In this document: positions 63,850 to 64,000 of the stretch, piece by piece
Layout: each line of letters starts with the position of its first letter
Numbering within the stretch: the first letter of the stretch is position 1
Source: Ramazzottius varieornatus
Taxonomy: Eukaryota > Animalia > Tardigrada
Assembly: GCA_001949185.1 (NCBI GenBank)
Contig: BDGG01000004.1
Span: 2,918,168 to 2,982,167, forward strand
Length of the DNA: 64,000 nucleotides
Direction: 5' to 3'
The notes under the pieces: model-generated
What the model was told of the DNA's origin: nothing
Seen by the model: only the letters and a program-made list of their open reading frames with translations
Databases searched by the model: none
Program-made: the position numbers and the translations under genes

Positions 63850-64000
63850 CAAGTATGTGACTTGCAGGTGCACGTCGCAGGACAGCACGTATGTGCATGT
63901 CTCGCCTGTGCGCACATGAAGCTTATACACCGCGACCGCGCAGCCCGCGCCATGCACATGCTTGCTGTCCTGCGACGTGCACCTGCAAGTCACATACTTG
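63850..64000. mobile_element. Foldback MITE, possibly truncated by the window end
   Basis: CAAGTATGTGACTTGCAGGTGCACGTCGCAGGACAGCA (38 bp) is perfectly inverted at the window end; the match extends to about 50 bp with 2 mismatches. Confidence 0.75.

Noticed and set aside
1-64000. tRNA, rRNA or snRNA genes
   Set aside because: None recognised by eye; tRNAscan-SE and Infernal/Rfam would be needed to exclude them, especially snoRNAs in the longer ATP8B and CRTC introns.

Overview
Eukaryotic (metazoan) genomic DNA from a compact, gene-dense genome in which most introns are about 50-100 nt. WntA and the gene architecture suggest an invertebrate, plausibly a tardigrade (inference only). Recognisable spliced genes, in order: WntA (+), USE1 (-), Sin3 (-), Islet/tailup (+), RBM8A/Y14 (+), ATP8B P4-ATPase (-), an intronless MSP-domain membrane protein (+), NR2C2AP (+), MFSD12 (+), an orphan multi-exon gene (-), glutaredoxin (+), a mitochondrial-creatine-kinase-lineage phosphagen kinase (-) and CRTC (-). 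Intergenic DNA holds a decayed, intron-containing hobo/Hermes-like hAT transposon and about eight MITE or non-autonomous elements, most with readable TIRs and several with TSDs; two are inserted into the ends of other elements. Main points of interest: (i) the MtCK-type gene keeps vertebrate MtCK intron positions but has several altered active-site residues; (ii) almost all genes have human homologs, by my recall, on one paralogon (19p13/15q/5q/1q21); (iii) the MSP-TM protein carries a PP1 RVxF motif. Exon coordinates were read by eye and may be off by a few bases.
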